NCBI GenBank assembly: GCA_964577555.1
Contig: CAZNZM010000009.1
Location: 1-32,000 of the forward strand
DNA from: an uncultured archaeon
GTDB lineage: Archaea > Iainarchaeota > Iainarchaeia > Iainarchaeales > Iainarchaeaceae
DNA: 32,000 bases
Direction of reading: 5' to 3'
Position 1 is the stretch's first letter; the number at the start of each line of letters is the position of its first letter. The notes beneath the pieces were generated by a model. It was not told where the DNA came from. It did no database searches and saw nothing but the letters and a program-made list of their open reading frames with translations. This document shows, piece by piece, positions 9,159-19,393 of the stretch. Position numbers and translations under genes: made by a program.

Positions 9159-11723
9159 TTGAATAAAATGGATAATAAGTATTGGGCGCTTGACGAGTCC
9201 AGCCTTTTTTCAGTTTTGAACAGCTCTGCTTCTGGGCTTTCTTCTTTTGAAGCTAAGGAAAGGTTGGTTAAATATGGGCTTAATGAAATTCCTGTTTCAA
9301 AAAAGCCTGAAGCTTTGCGGTTGTTTGTTGCGCAGTTGAAGAATCCGCTTGTTTTGATTCTTGTCATTGCAGCCACAATGTCTTTTTTTCTCGGAGAACA
9401 AATTGAAGCATTGGTTATTTTTGGAATCGTTTTGATTAATTCAATTTTGGGTTTTTATCAGGAGTACAAGGCTGAAAAAATTTTGTATGATTTGAGAAAA
9501 ATGGTTATATTGAATGCAAAGGTTTTGCGTGATGGAAAAGAAGTTGAGATTGATTCAAGGGAAATAGTTCCGGGGGACATAGTGTTTCTTAATATTGGGG
9601 ATGTGGTTCCTGCTGACATAAGGCTTTTGCATTCTGAAGATCTTGCAGCCAATGAATCAAATCTTACTGGCGAATCCAGGCCTGTTGAAAAAAAGCCTTG
9701 TATTGTCAAGCCGGAAGTGAGCCTTCCGCAAGACATGGTTAACATGGTTTTTGAAGGTACTTCTATTACAAATGGAATCGGAAAAGGGATTGTGGTTGCA
9801 ACAGGAATGTCAACTTTTTTTGGAAAGTCCGCTTCTTATCTTAAAGAAAAACAGCGTTCAACTTATTTTCAACAAAACATAGAAAACTTTGGAGCCATGT
9901 TGCTTAAATTAGTTCTTTTAATGACTTTTTTTATTTTTATAGCAAATTTTGTGCTAGGCAAGCCTTTATTAGAGTCTTTTATTTTTTCTATTGCTCTTGC
10001 TGTAGGAATTACTCCTGAAGTTCTGCCTGTGGTTGTGACAATTTCTCTATCTGATGGAGCCATGCGTATGGCTAAAAAAAAGGTAATAATAAAAAAATTG
10101 GTTTCGGTAGAGGATTTTGGGAATATTGATACTCTTTGTTGTGACAAAACTGGGACTTTGACGGAAGGCTCTCTAAAACTTTTTGAATATGTTAACCTTG
10201 ATGGAAAAAAGGACAAAAAATTGCTTTTGTATGGAATGTTGTGCAATTCTGGTAAAAAAGTCGGTAAAAAAAAGTCTTTTGGGAATCCTGTTGACAAGGC
10301 TATTTGGGATTCAGATGAATCTTTTGGATTGATGGATGATTTTGCCAAATTTGAATTAGTTGATGAAGCGGAGTTCGATTTTGAACGCAGAAGAATGTCT
10401 GTTCTTGTAAATAATAATGGAAAAAAGGCTTTGATTGTAAAAGGCTCGCCTTTGTCTGTCATTTCTGTATGTGATTTTGTCTTGATCAAATCGCGCCTGG
10501 TAAGGCTTGGAAAAAAGCAAATGCAAGATTTTATTGATAAAGTTGAAAATTTTGAACGCAATGGTTTTATTGTAATTGCTGTTGCTGAAAAAGATGCTTC
10601 TGGTTATGAGAAGATTTCGACAAAGGATGAAAACAGGCTTGTTCTTTTAGGGTTTTTGGTTTTTCATGATCCGCCAAAGCATAGTGCAAAAGAATCTTTG
10701 AAGACTTTGCAGGAATTGGGGGTTAATATAAAAATAATAACTGGAGATAGCCATATTGTAACTAGAAAAATATGCGAGGAAGTGGGGCTTTCCATATATA
10801 AAAACAAGGTTGTTATTGGTGATGAACTTGCAAGCCTTGGAGAAAAGGAGTTTGAGAGTTATGTTCATTCATATAACGTATTCGCGCGTATTACTCCAGA
10901 ACAAAAGTTCAAAATAGTTTCAGCTTTGAACAAGGAAGGGCATGTAGTTGGTTATTTGGGTGATGGTGTTAATGATGTTCCTGCGTTGAAAGCAGCAGAT
11001 GTTTCAATTACAGTTGATACAGCTTCAGGAATAGCAAAAGATGCTGCAGATATAATAATTCTAAATAAAAGCTTGAAAGTTGTTGTTGATGGTCTTTTGG
11101 AAGGGAGAAAGACTTTTGGGAATATTACAAAATATATTTTGAATACTATTAGCGCAAATTTTGGAAACATGTTTACCGTTGCTTTTTCATCGCTTTTCTT
11201 GAAATTTATTCCTTTGTTGCCTTCTCAAATACTTTTAAACAATTTTATAAGTGATGTTCCCTTGCTTACAATTTCGAAGGACAATGTGGACAAGGAAATG
11301 CTTAAGAAACCGAAGAAGTGGAATCTTGACTTGATTTCAAAATTCATGATATATTTTGGAATAATAAGCACTTTTTTTGACTTGTTATTGATTTTTGCTT
11401 TGATTTTTTTCTTTAATGTGTCTCAGGAAGTTTTCAGGACTGCTTGGTTTGTTGAATCTGCTATCTCTGAAATAATTGTAACTTTTTCAATAAGGACCAA
11501 ATTGCCTTTCTACAAAAGTGTCCCTTCAAAATTACTTTTGATAACATCCGCTGGCGCTATTTTGTTGATTTTTTGGATTGTTTATTCGTCATTTGGCGGT
11601 TCTTTGTTTGAGTTTGTAATTTTGCCTATGGAAATAATTTGGCTTATATTGCTTGTTTTGGCGCTGTATTTTATCATTGTGGAAATAGTGAAAAAAGTAT
11701 TTTATTCTAAATATGATTTGTGA
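9159..11723 (+). CDS. cation-transporting P-type ATPase (MgtA/P-type II-III-like)
   Basis: Phosphorylation motif CCDKTGTLTEG, LTGESRPVEK, AVGITPEVLPVVVTISLSDGAMRMAKKKVIIKKL, GDGVNDVPALKAADVSI; multiple transmembrane helices. Confidence 0.92.
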   Translation: MNKMDNKYWALDESSLFSVLNSSASGLSSFEAKERLVKYGLNEIPVSKKPEALRLFVAQLKNPLVLILVIAATMSFFLGEQIEALVIFGIVLINSILGFYQEYKAEKILYDLRKMVILNAKVLRDGKEVEIDSREIVPGDIVFLNIGDVVPADIRLLHSEDLAANESNLTGESRPVEKKPCIVKPEVSLPQDMVNMVFEGTSITNGIGKGIVVATGMSTFFGKSASYLKEKQRSTYFQQNIENFGAMLLKLVLLMTFFIFIANFVLGKPLLESFIFSIALAVGITPEVLPVVVTISLSDGAMRMAKKKVIIKKLVSVEDFGNIDTLCCDKTGTLTEGSLKLFEYVNLDGKKDKKLLLYGMLCNSGKKVGKKKSFGNPVDKAIWDSDESFGLMDDFAKFELVDEAEFDFERRRMSVLVNNNGKKALIVKGSPLSVISVCDFVLIKSRLVRLGKKQMQDFIDKVENFERNGFIVIAVAEKDASGYEKISTKDENRLVLLGFLVFHDPPKHSAKESLKTLQELGVNIKIITGDSHIVTRKICEEVGLSIYKNKVVIGDELASLGEKEFESYVHSYNVFARITPEQKFKIVSALNKEGHVVGYLGDGVNDVPALKAADVSITVDTASGIAKDAADIIILNKSLKVVVDGLLEGRKTFGNITKYILNTISANFGNMFTVAFSSLFLKFIPLLPSQILLNNFISDVPLLTISKDNVDKEMLKKPKKWNLDLISKFMIYFGIISTFFDLLLIFALIFFFNVSQEVFRTAWFVESAISEIIVTFSIRTKLPFYKSVPSKLLLITSAGAILLIFWIVYSSFGGSLFEFVILPMEIIWLILLVLALYFIIVEIVKKVFYSKYDL

Positions 11724-11732
11724 CTTTGAAGC

Positions 11733-12251
11733 TTATTGCTTTACTTCGTCTTTGATAATTGATTCTATTCTTTTTTTTGCGTTTATTTTTTTTAGAAATT
11801 TTTCTACTGCGTTTGGCACGTATTTTGAAATATTTTCTCCGTTTAGTATTTTTTCTCTGATTTTGGTAGAGTCTATCTTTGCGTTGTTGCTTATTAGTTT
11901 TTGTACTTTTGTTCCATCTGTTTCAAATAGTTCTTTTACAAGTGGGTTGTTGGTGAATACCAAGTCAAAGCTTGGACAGTATGCTCTTATTCTTTGGGTC
12001 CAAAGCGCATATTCTGAAATGTCGTCTACGCAGATTATATAGCACTTTTCAAATATTTTGTCTTCTTTTAAAGCCAAGCCTATCATTTCCACTCTTTCGC
12101 CAGCTGTGAAAGGATTTTCTTTTTGGAATGATTCCTTTGCGCTGCCAACTACTATTACCATTTCGTCAACTTGTTTTAATGCGTTTTTTAGTGCGTTGTG
12201 GTGTCCTAAATGGTATGGCTGAAATCTTCCTACAAAAAGTCCTCTTTTCAT
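11733..12251 (-). CDS. nadM: nicotinamide-nucleotide adenylyltransferase (archaeal NadM)
   Basis: MKRGLFVGRFQPYHLGHHNALKNAL (HxGH-type motif), NPFTAGERVEMI, internal KISKYVPNAV. ATG at 12251 overlaps the nadC stop codon (ATGA). Confidence 0.92.
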   Translation of the reverse strand: MKRGLFVGRFQPYHLGHHNALKNALKQVDEMVIVVGSAKESFQKENPFTAGERVEMIGLALKEDKIFEKCYIICVDDISEYALWTQRIRAYCPSFDLVFTNNPLVKELFETDGTKVQKLISNNAKIDSTKIREKILNGENISKYVPNAVEKFLKKINAKKRIESIIKDEVKQ

Positions 12252-13081
12252 CTTTTTCCCACCCATTCAATGTCCATACTGAAATCCAGTATTTTTGCGT
12301 TTTTTGTTAGTTCTCCCATTGAAATGTAGTCTGCTCCAATGTTCATATAATGTTTAAGGTTTTTTAGTGTAATCCCTCCTGAGAGTTCTATTTTTCCTTT
12401 ATAACCTATTTTTTTGAGTTTTTTTATTGTCTTTTTTGCATTGTTTGGATTGAAATTGTCAAGCATTATCATGTCTGGTTTTTCTTTGGCTGCTTCAAGG
12501 GCTTCTTTTTGGTTTTTTGTTTCAATTTCTGTTTTTTTTCCCGTTTTTTTTGCGCTTTGCAATGCTTCTGTAACGCTTTTGAAAAATTCTAAATGGTTGT
12601 CTTTTATTAGAATCATTTCAGCCAAATTTTTTCTGTGGCTCCAAAGCCCTGCAATTTCTGCGGCTTTTTTGTCCAGAAATTGAAACCCGGGTATTGTTTT
12701 TCTTGTTACTGCCAAAATGGTGTTGGTTTTTTTCATTTTGTTTTTGGCTTTCGTGCAAAGTGTTGCAACGCCTGACATTCTTCCAATTATATTAAGGCAG
12801 ACTCTTTCCAGCGCGAGTATTTTTCTGTTGTTTCCTCTTATTATGAGAATTTTTTGTTTGGGTTTTGCCATGTCGCCGTCTTTTTTCAATTTTTTTGTTT
12901 CAAGCCCGGCACTCTTGAATAGGAATTCCGCTTCTTCAATTCCTGCAAGAACGCATTTTTGGTTTGCCTTGATTGATGCTTGGCATTCTTTTAGCGGGGT
13001 TATTGCAGAAGTTATGTCTCCTTTGCCTATGTCTTCTCGCAAATATCCTTGAAGTTGTTTTTCTATTTCTTGGTTAATCAT
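12248..13081 (-). CDS. nadC: nicotinate-nucleotide pyrophosphorylase (carboxylating)
   Basis: EDIGKGDITSAITP, LNIIGRMSGVATLCTK, TRKTIPGFQFLDKKAAEIAGLWSHRKNLAEMILIKDNHL, DMIMLDNF, IELSGGITLKNLKHYMNIGADYISMG. Confidence 0.93.
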   Translation of the reverse strand: MINQEIEKQLQGYLREDIGKGDITSAITPLKECQASIKANQKCVLAGIEEAEFLFKSAGLETKKLKKDGDMAKPKQKILIIRGNNRKILALERVCLNIIGRMSGVATLCTKAKNKMKKTNTILAVTRKTIPGFQFLDKKAAEIAGLWSHRKNLAEMILIKDNHLEFFKSVTEALQSAKKTGKKTEIETKNQKEALEAAKEKPDMIMLDNFNPNNAKKTIKKLKKIGYKGKIELSGGITLKNLKHYMNIGADYISMGELTKNAKILDFSMDIEWVGKR

Positions 13082-13175
13082 TGATTAATTTAAATAACGC
13101 AAGCCTAAAAAAACCATTTTAATATGATTTGAATTAAATTTTTGTTATGTTATTTGATTATCGGTCTTGGTCTTT

Positions 13176-14075
13176 ATGAGAAAGAATTTTGGGGAAAAAA
13201 TCGTTAAAGGTACTTGGAAATTAAAAGATGGTTTGGCGCGCATGCTTAAAGGTGGTTGTATAATGGATGTTGTGAATGCCAAGCAAGCCAAAATTGCTGA
13301 AAGGGCAGGTGCTTGTGCGGTAATGGCTTTGGAAAGGGTGCCTGCTGATATTAGGGCTGCTGGCGGTGTTGCAAGAATGGCTGATCCTGTAAAAGTCAAG
13401 GAGATAATGAATGCTGTTTCTATTCCAGTAATGGCTAAATGCAGGATAGGACATTTTGTTGAAGCCCAGATTTTGCAAGAACTTGGAGTGGATTTTATTG
13501 ACGAATCAGAAGTTCTTACTCCAGCTGACCAGAATTTTCATATAGACAAAAAGACTTTTGAAGTGCCTTTTGTTTGTGGAGCCAGGAATCTTGGCGAAGC
13601 TTTGAGAAGAATCAACGAGGGCGCTGCAATGATAAGGACAAAGGGTGAAGCAGGCACTGGAAATATTATTGAAGCAGTAAGGCATGTCAGGACAATTTCA
13701 AGTGAAATCAGCAGTTTGTCTTTTGCTTCCAAAGAGAGTTTGGAAGAATTTTCAAACATGGAACAAGTTCCGTTTGATTTGGTTTATGAAACTGTGAAAT
13801 TGGGCAGGTTGCCAATTGTGAATTTTGCGGCAGGTGGCATAGCAACTCCTGCCGATGCTGCTTTGATGATGCAACTTGGTTGTGATGGTGTTTTTGTAGG
13901 TTCCGGAATTTTCAAGTCTTCAAACCCTGAAAAAATGGCAAAATCAATTGTTCAGGCAACTACTAATTTTAATGACCCGAAAATTTTGGCAAAGGTTTCG
14001 TCAGGGCTTGGCAATGCAATGGCTGGTATTGAAATTTCAAAGCTTGATGCAAGGCTTCAGGAAAGAGGCGTGTAA
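13176..14075 (+). CDS. pdxS: pyridoxal 5'-phosphate synthase, PdxS subunit
   Basis: [64 protein letters not shown] at 13176 is the more likely start than the TTG at 13167. Confidence 0.96.
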   Translation: MRKNFGEKIVKGTWKLKDGLARMLKGGCIMDVVNAKQAKIAERAGACAVMALERVPADIRAAGGVARMADPVKVKEIMNAVSIPVMAKCRIGHFVEAQILQELGVDFIDESEVLTPADQNFHIDKKTFEVPFVCGARNLGEALRRINEGAAMIRTKGEAGTGNIIEAVRHVRTISSEISSLSFASKESLEEFSNMEQVPFDLVYETVKLGRLPIVNFAAGGIATPADAALMMQLGCDGVFVGSGIFKSSNPEKMAKSIVQATTNFNDPKILAKVSSGLGNAMAGIEISKLDARLQERGV

Positions 14076-14076
14076 A

Positions 14077-14655
14077 GTGGTTGTTGCGGGAGTTCTTGCT
14101 CTGCAAGGGGATTTTCGGGAACACGTTGCTATTTTTGAATCCATTGGTGTAAAAGCAATTGAAGTCAGAAACAGGCAAGATATTTCCAAATGTGAAATGC
14201 TTGTGATTCCCGGCGGTGAAAGCACTGCCATATCAAACTTGTTTTCGGTTTCCGGATTAGACTTGGAGATAAAGAAAAGAGCCAAACATGGCATGATAGT
14301 ATTTGGCACATGCGCAGGTGCAATATTGCTGGCTAAAAAAGTTGTTGGCGAAAAAAGATATAAGCCTCTTGGCCTAATTGATATTGAAATCAAGCGGAAT
14401 GCTTTTGGCAGACAAATAGATTCTTTTGAAGCTGAAATTAATGCCAAAGGAATTGGGAAGGTGAATGGTGTTTTTATTAGGGCTCCTGAAATTTTGCGAT
14501 GTGGCAAAAAAGTTGAGATTCTTGGAACTTTTCATGATAAACCTGTTCTTGCAAGGCAGCACAATGTTGTTGTTTCAACTTTCCACCCTGAAATTGTAAA
14601 AGATAACAAGATTCACTTGATGTTGGTTGAATTGTCAAAAATTATTCAAAAATGA
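14077..14655 (+). CDS. pdxT: pyridoxal 5'-phosphate synthase glutaminase subunit PdxT
   Basis: VVAGVLALQGDFREHVAIFESIGVKAIEVR, IPGGESTAIS, FGTCAGAILLAKKV, FHPEI. The GTG at 14077, 1 nt after the pdxS stop, is the likely start; the track ORF start at 13948 is inside pdxS. Confidence 0.95.
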   Translation: MVVAGVLALQGDFREHVAIFESIGVKAIEVRNRQDISKCEMLVIPGGESTAISNLFSVSGLDLEIKKRAKHGMIVFGTCAGAILLAKKVVGEKRYKPLGLIDIEIKRNAFGRQIDSFEAEINAKGIGKVNGVFIRAPEILRCGKKVEILGTFHDKPVLARQHNVVVSTFHPEIVKDNKIHLMLVELSKIIQK

Positions 14656-14678
14656 AAAATTCTGTAAAAATTTCAAAA

Positions 14679-15044
14679 TTACATTTTTTCTTTTATTTTG
14701 GCTTTAAGTTTTTCGGTTGTTTTCTTCGCATTATCTTTATTTTTTAAAAGCTTGTTTTTTTCTTTTTTGTTTTTTTCCTTTTTGATTTTCAAATCCAAGT
14801 GCTTGCAATATTCTGCGAGATGGTTTTTCAGTTTTTCCATTATGTTTCTTAAATCCTGTGAATACGTGTGCCTTAGAGTTTTTTTTTGTTCTTCAGGCAA
14901 ATTTCTATTTAAAGCTTCGTGAATTTCCAAGTGTCTTAGTCTTAGCTCGCATTGTGCCACCCTATCATAGAATTTTTCTTCGTGGTGCCTAAGTTTGTCA
15001 TTATTTTCTGAACCTTGGTTTATTGGCTTTTTTGTTTGTTTCAT
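14679..15044 (-). CDS. small, highly charged, probably coiled-coil protein of unknown function
   Basis: 121 aa, rich in Lys/Glu with long helical character (LRNIMEKLKNHLAEYCKHLDLKIKKEKNKKEKNKLL). No recognised family. Confidence 0.5.
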   Translation of the reverse strand: MKQTKKPINQGSENNDKLRHHEEKFYDRVAQCELRLRHLEIHEALNRNLPEEQKKTLRHTYSQDLRNIMEKLKNHLAEYCKHLDLKIKKEKNKKEKNKLLKNKDNAKKTTEKLKAKIKEKM

Positions 15045-15258
15045 TTAATCGTATTTTTACTTCTTTGTTATATATAATTTTCACGTTTAACGCAAAAAAC
15101 CACAGTATTAAAATTTTCAAATCAAAATTTGAAGACACATTATTTTTTGTTTGTTTTTGCCAGCCGATTTTTTAAGGCGATTATTTTTGCTTTATTAAAT
15201 ATAATGAATCAGCAACAATAGTTGTTATAAATATGTTTTGTGCTTTTTTTAATGGTGT

Positions 15259-16290
15259 TTGGGTTTGGGCACGGCTATTGGGGACATTGTTCCTCGCCAA
15301 AAAATTTCGCTGGAAAGCCTTAATGCAAAAACTCTTGGAGTTGATTCTTACAATATAATTTATCAGTTTCTTTCAAGTATTAGAGGTGAAGATGGAAATC
15401 CTTTAAAGGATTCGCATGGAAATTTGACATCGCATCTTGCAGGGTTGTTTTATCGCAGCGTTAGCCTTTGTGAAAATGGAGTGCGTTTGGTTTTTGTTTT
15501 TGACGGCAAGCCTTCCGCTTTAAAATCCGAGACACTAAAAAAAAGACATGAAATAAGGACTGAAGCCTTTGAAATGCATAAAAAAGCTATAGCTGAAGGG
15601 AATTTGGAAGATGCCAAAAAATTCGGTTCAAGGGCTTTGAAGCTTGATGAAAAAATGGTTAATGATGCAAAGGAATTGATTTCTGCAATGGGGTTTCCAT
15701 GCATACAAGCTCCAAGTGAAGGCGAAGCGCAAGCTTCTTTCATGGCTAAAATGGGCAAAATAGATGGAGTTGTGAGCCAGGATTATGATTCTTTGCTTTT
15801 TGGGTGTCCTACTCTTTATAGAAATGTCGCGGTAACTGGAAAAAGAAAAGTTCCAGGGCGAAATATATGGGCTGATATAAGTCCTGAAAAAATATTGTTG
15901 GAACAAGTTTTGAATGACAATAATATTTCCAGAGAAAAGTTGATTTGGATAGGCATTTTGGTTGGAACCGATTTTAATGAAAAATTTCCAAAAATTGGAA
16001 TAAAAACAGCATTAAAGCTTGCCAAGTCTTCAAATTCGTTTGAAGAAATCATTTCTAAAACAGGTTTTCAACCTGACTTTGATTATCGTGTTATTGAAGA
16101 AATTTTTCTCAATCCTGAAGTTGACACAAGTTTCACAATTTCCTTTTCAAAGCCTGACAGGGAAAAAATAGTTAATTTCCTTTGCGACAAACATGATTTT
16201 TCCTTTGAACGTGTCCAAAAATCCTTGGATAGGCTTGAATCAAATTTTAGTGAAAATGCGAAACAATCCACTTTGGGCAGGTGGTTTTAG
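15259..16290 (+). CDS. fen: flap endonuclease 1 (FEN1/XPG family)
   Basis: TTG-initiated MGLGTAIGDIVPRQKISLESLNAKTLGVDSYNIIYQFLSSIRG, FVFDGKPSALK, GFPCIQAPSEGEAQASFM, VVSQDYDSLLFG, GILVGTDFNEKFPKIGIKTAL; C-terminal PIP-like QSTLGRWF. Confidence 0.95.
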   Translation: MGLGTAIGDIVPRQKISLESLNAKTLGVDSYNIIYQFLSSIRGEDGNPLKDSHGNLTSHLAGLFYRSVSLCENGVRLVFVFDGKPSALKSETLKKRHEIRTEAFEMHKKAIAEGNLEDAKKFGSRALKLDEKMVNDAKELISAMGFPCIQAPSEGEAQASFMAKMGKIDGVVSQDYDSLLFGCPTLYRNVAVTGKRKVPGRNIWADISPEKILLEQVLNDNNISREKLIWIGILVGTDFNEKFPKIGIKTALKLAKSSNSFEEIISKTGFQPDFDYRVIEEIFLNPEVDTSFTISFSKPDREKIVNFLCDKHDFSFERVQKSLDRLESNFSENAKQSTLGRWF

Positions 16291-17384
16291 TGGGTTACAA
16301 TTTGCCTGTAAAAATTATTTTTGGTGAAAAAACATTTCCAATGCTGTTTGAAGAGTTAAGAAATCACGGGATAAAAAAGCCATTGCTTGTATGCGGAAAA
16401 AGTTTTATTGCTTCTTCGCGTTTCAAAGTTTTCAGGGAAAATGTTCCGCGCTTTGAACTTTATTCTGAAATTGAACCTAATCCTTCAATATATTCTGTTG
16501 ATTTGGGCGCAAAAATATTGAATTCAAAAGGGTGTGATGCTGTTGTAGGCATAGGTGGTGGAAGCGTATTGGATGCTTCAAAAGTTATTGCATGTATGAA
16601 AAACAGAAAAAAAAGTTGTTTTGGTTTTTATAAAAAAATTGATATTGTTTCCCAAGTTCCTTTTTTTGCGTTGCCTACTACTGCTGGTTCAGGGAGTGAA
16701 GCAACTAAATTTGCAGTGCTGACAAAACCCGACGGTTCAAAAAAAAGTGTTTTACCTGATGATAGGTTTTATGCAAAAGTTGCAATAGTTGACCCTGAAC
16801 TGACTTATACTTGTCCTCCTAATGTGACTGCTTCCTCTGGTTTAGATGCTTTTTGCCAAGGAATTGAAAGTTATTGGGCTGTGAATTCAACAGAAGAAAC
16901 CAGAAGGTTTTCCGCTGAAGCGATTTCGCTTGCCTATTACAATTTGGACAAGGCTGTGCAAGAACCTGATAGACAAGTAAGACATAATATGAGTTTAGCT
17001 TCTCTTACTTCGGCAAAGGCTTTCAGCCAAACAGGCACTACTGGTTGTCATCAGGTTTCATATGCATTTACCAAATATTACGGCATTGCGCATGGTTTTG
17101 CCGTAGCACTTGTCCTTCCATGGTTTCTTGAGTTTTATTACTCTAAGGTTCCTGAACGTTGCAACGAAATTTGCAAGCTGATTGGAGCAAAAAATATTGA
17201 AGATGCACAAAACAAAATAAGGAGTATGATGCGTTTTATTGGTGCTCCTGTTTCTTTGCGCGACATAGGTTGCAAAGTTGAAGATTTTGAAAAAATTGTC
17301 AAAATGTCAGTCGGTAAAAGAGAACAAAATCCAATACAACACAAGAAAAGCGATTTAATGCGAATGCTTAAAGAGATTTTTTGA
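16281..17384 (+). CDS. iron-containing alcohol dehydrogenase family protein
   Basis: VVGIGGGSVLDASKVIAC, PTTAGSGSEATKFAVLT, ASSGLDAFCQGIESYWA, HGFAVALVLPWFLEFY. An alternative start GTG at 16290 overlaps the FEN1 stop by 1 nt. Confidence 0.88.
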   Translation: MVLVGYNLPVKIIFGEKTFPMLFEELRNHGIKKPLLVCGKSFIASSRFKVFRENVPRFELYSEIEPNPSIYSVDLGAKILNSKGCDAVVGIGGGSVLDASKVIACMKNRKKSCFGFYKKIDIVSQVPFFALPTTAGSGSEATKFAVLTKPDGSKKSVLPDDRFYAKVAIVDPELTYTCPPNVTASSGLDAFCQGIESYWAVNSTEETRRFSAEAISLAYYNLDKAVQEPDRQVRHNMSLASLTSAKAFSQTGTTGCHQVSYAFTKYYGIAHGFAVALVLPWFLEFYYSKVPERCNEICKLIGAKNIEDAQNKIRSMMRFIGAPVSLRDIGCKVEDFEKIVKMSVGKREQNPIQHKKSDLMRMLKEIF

Positions 17385-18633
17385 CGATTAGTTTTTTTTT
17401 GAAAAATTTTTTAGCATATCCAATAAGATATATTGAGCCAGTTATTAGAAGCAAACTTTTTTTGTCTGTTTTTTTTAACGCTGAAATTATTGCTTTTTTT
17501 GGATTTGGTTCAACCAAGCCAAAACCTATTTCTTGCCTTAATTCAAAGGGGTTTTTTGCCCTGTTGGAATCCGGTTTTGTCAGTATAAGATTGTCAGCTT
17601 TTTTGATTTTTGGAATGCTACTTTTTATGTCTTTGTCATCCAAGACGCCGAAAACCATTGTCAATTTTTTAAATTTAAACATTTTAATTGATTCAAAAAG
17701 TTTTTTCCAACCATCAGGATTATGGCTTGCATCAATAATTACTTTAGGTTTTTTCATTATTACTTGTATTCTTCCAGGCCAAAATGTTTTTTTCAATCCT
17801 GCGCGTATTGCTTTTACTGGTATTTTTGCTCCTTTTTCTCTTAAAGCAATTGCACAAGCTGTTGCAATTGCCGCGTTTTCTATTTGATAGGAACCTATTA
17901 ACTTTGTTTTTAAGCCTTTGATTTTTACTGGTTTTTCAAGGCTGAATTCGTTTCCACTCAAATTTGATTTGACTTTTTTCCATTCAACCACAAAAACTTT
18001 GCAATTATTGTTTTTTGCTTTTTGCAAAATTGTTTTTAAGCCAAGATTATTTTTTCCAACCACCACAATTGAATCTTTTTTTATGATGCCTGCTTTTTCC
18101 AAAGCAATTTTTTCAATTGTATTGCCAAGGTATTGCGTATGTTCAAGCGAGATTGAGGTTATTGCACAAACAATGCCTTTGAGTACGTTTGTTGCATCCA
18201 AACGCCCCCCCATTCCAACTTCTGCCACCAAATAATCTATTTTTTGCTTTTCAAAATAAATAAATGCCATTAAAGTTATTGCTTCAAAGTAATTAGGTTT
18301 AATTTTATTGGAATCTATTATTTTCTTTACTTTTCGAGCCAACTTTGAAAATTCTTTTTTTGAAATGTCTTTTCCGTTGATTTTTATTCTTTCAGTAGGC
18401 TCCACAAGATGAGGTGAACTGTAAAATCCTGTTTTATAACCTGATTGAATCAAAATTGTTGATATGAATTGGCATGTTGAACCTTTGCCATTGCTTCCGG
18501 CAACATGAATGGTTTTGAATTTTTCAGGTTTTATTTTGGCGATTTTGCAAAGCAATTTTATTGTTTCAAGATTGAATCCTTTCATTGCCATTTTCAACGA
18601 TTTTAACCATTCTTTACTTTGTTTGTAATTCAT
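17368..18633 (-). CDS. folC: FolC-like Mur ligase family protein (folylpolyglutamate/dihydrofolate synthase-like)
   Basis: HVAGSNGKGSTCQFISTILIQSGYKTGFYSSPHLVEPTERIKING, AEVGMGGRLDATNVL, SLEHTQYLGNTIEKIALEKAGIIK, WPGRIQVI..VIIDASHNPDG. ATG at 18633 is the likely start. Confidence 0.88.
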   Translation of the reverse strand: MNYKQSKEWLKSLKMAMKGFNLETIKLLCKIAKIKPEKFKTIHVAGSNGKGSTCQFISTILIQSGYKTGFYSSPHLVEPTERIKINGKDISKKEFSKLARKVKKIIDSNKIKPNYFEAITLMAFIYFEKQKIDYLVAEVGMGGRLDATNVLKGIVCAITSISLEHTQYLGNTIEKIALEKAGIIKKDSIVVVGKNNLGLKTILQKAKNNNCKVFVVEWKKVKSNLSGNEFSLEKPVKIKGLKTKLIGSYQIENAAIATACAIALREKGAKIPVKAIRAGLKKTFWPGRIQVIMKKPKVIIDASHNPDGWKKLFESIKMFKFKKLTMVFGVLDDKDIKSSIPKIKKADNLILTKPDSNRAKNPFELRQEIGFGLVEPNPKKAIISALKKTDKKSLLLITGSIYLIGYAKKFFKKKLIVKKSL

Positions 18634-18724
18634 CACAGCCACTTTTCTAATAAAAATTTTCAATTTTATAGAATTTTTTTGTATTGCAAGCAATTTTAAT
18701 GCGTTTAGTTATAATCTAATAATA

Positions 18725-19363
18725 ATGTTTAAGAGAGCAATCCTTGTTTGCAATGGAAGCCTTACAACAAAAGAATTTTATTCAATAGTAACAAAAGACG
18801 ATTTTATTGTTGCAGTAGACGGCGGAGCCAACAAATTGTTAAAGACTAAGTTTGTTCCGAATATTATAATTGGGGACATGGATTCCATAAATTCCACTGC
18901 GAAAAAAAAATATTCAAAAGTAACTAAAATATGTTTTCCAAGGGAAAAAGACCTTTTAGACCTTGAACTTGCGATTAATTATTGCATAGAACAAAAATTT
19001 TCTGAAATAGTAATTTTGGGTGCGTTTGGTAGCAGGCATGATATGTCTTTGACCAATGTTTTTTTGCTTTCACAAATTCCTGAAAATATTAATGCAAAAA
19101 TAGTTAATGGTTCTCAAGAGATTTTTCTTATTCGTAAAAATGAATTAGTTTTGTCAGGAATTCCAGGGGAAAAGATTTCAATTTTTCCGATAAAAGGTGA
19201 TGCCAAAGGTATTACTTTAGAGGGGTTCAAGTATTGTGTCCAAAATTATGATTTGCGTTTTGGCATAGGTTTTGGTTTGAGCAATGAATTTAAAAACAAA
19301 AAAGCTAGGATTTCGTTCAAAGACGGAATGTTGCTATGCGTGCATTTTCACAAATGGTTTTGA
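18725..19363 (+). CDS. thiamine pyrophosphokinase-like protein
   Basis: FIVAVDGGANKLLKTKFVPNIIIGDMDSI, PREKDLLDLELAINYCIEQKFSEIVILGAFGSRHDMSLTNVFLL are TPK signatures. The next genes look like a thiamine transporter. Confidence 0.85.
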   Translation: MFKRAILVCNGSLTTKEFYSIVTKDDFIVAVDGGANKLLKTKFVPNIIIGDMDSINSTAKKKYSKVTKICFPREKDLLDLELAINYCIEQKFSEIVILGAFGSRHDMSLTNVFLLSQIPENINAKIVNGSQEIFLIRKNELVLSGIPGEKISIFPIKGDAKGITLEGFKYCVQNYDLRFGIGFGLSNEFKNKKARISFKDGMLLCVHFHKWF

Positions 19364-19393
19364 TTTATATTTTTGTTCCTTGTCGCTTTTGTT

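Noticed and set aside
9134-11170. Long antisense ORFs opposite the P-type ATPase (such as 9869..10561, 230 aa)
   Set aside because: The opposite strand encodes a clear, fully motif-bearing ATPase. The antisense frames have no recognisable features and reflect low stop-codon density.
18634-18724. TPP riboswitch upstream of the TPK-like gene
   Set aside because: The roughly 90-nt intergenic stretch is AT-rich and lacks the conserved THI-box CTGAGA and ACCTGATC-like elements.
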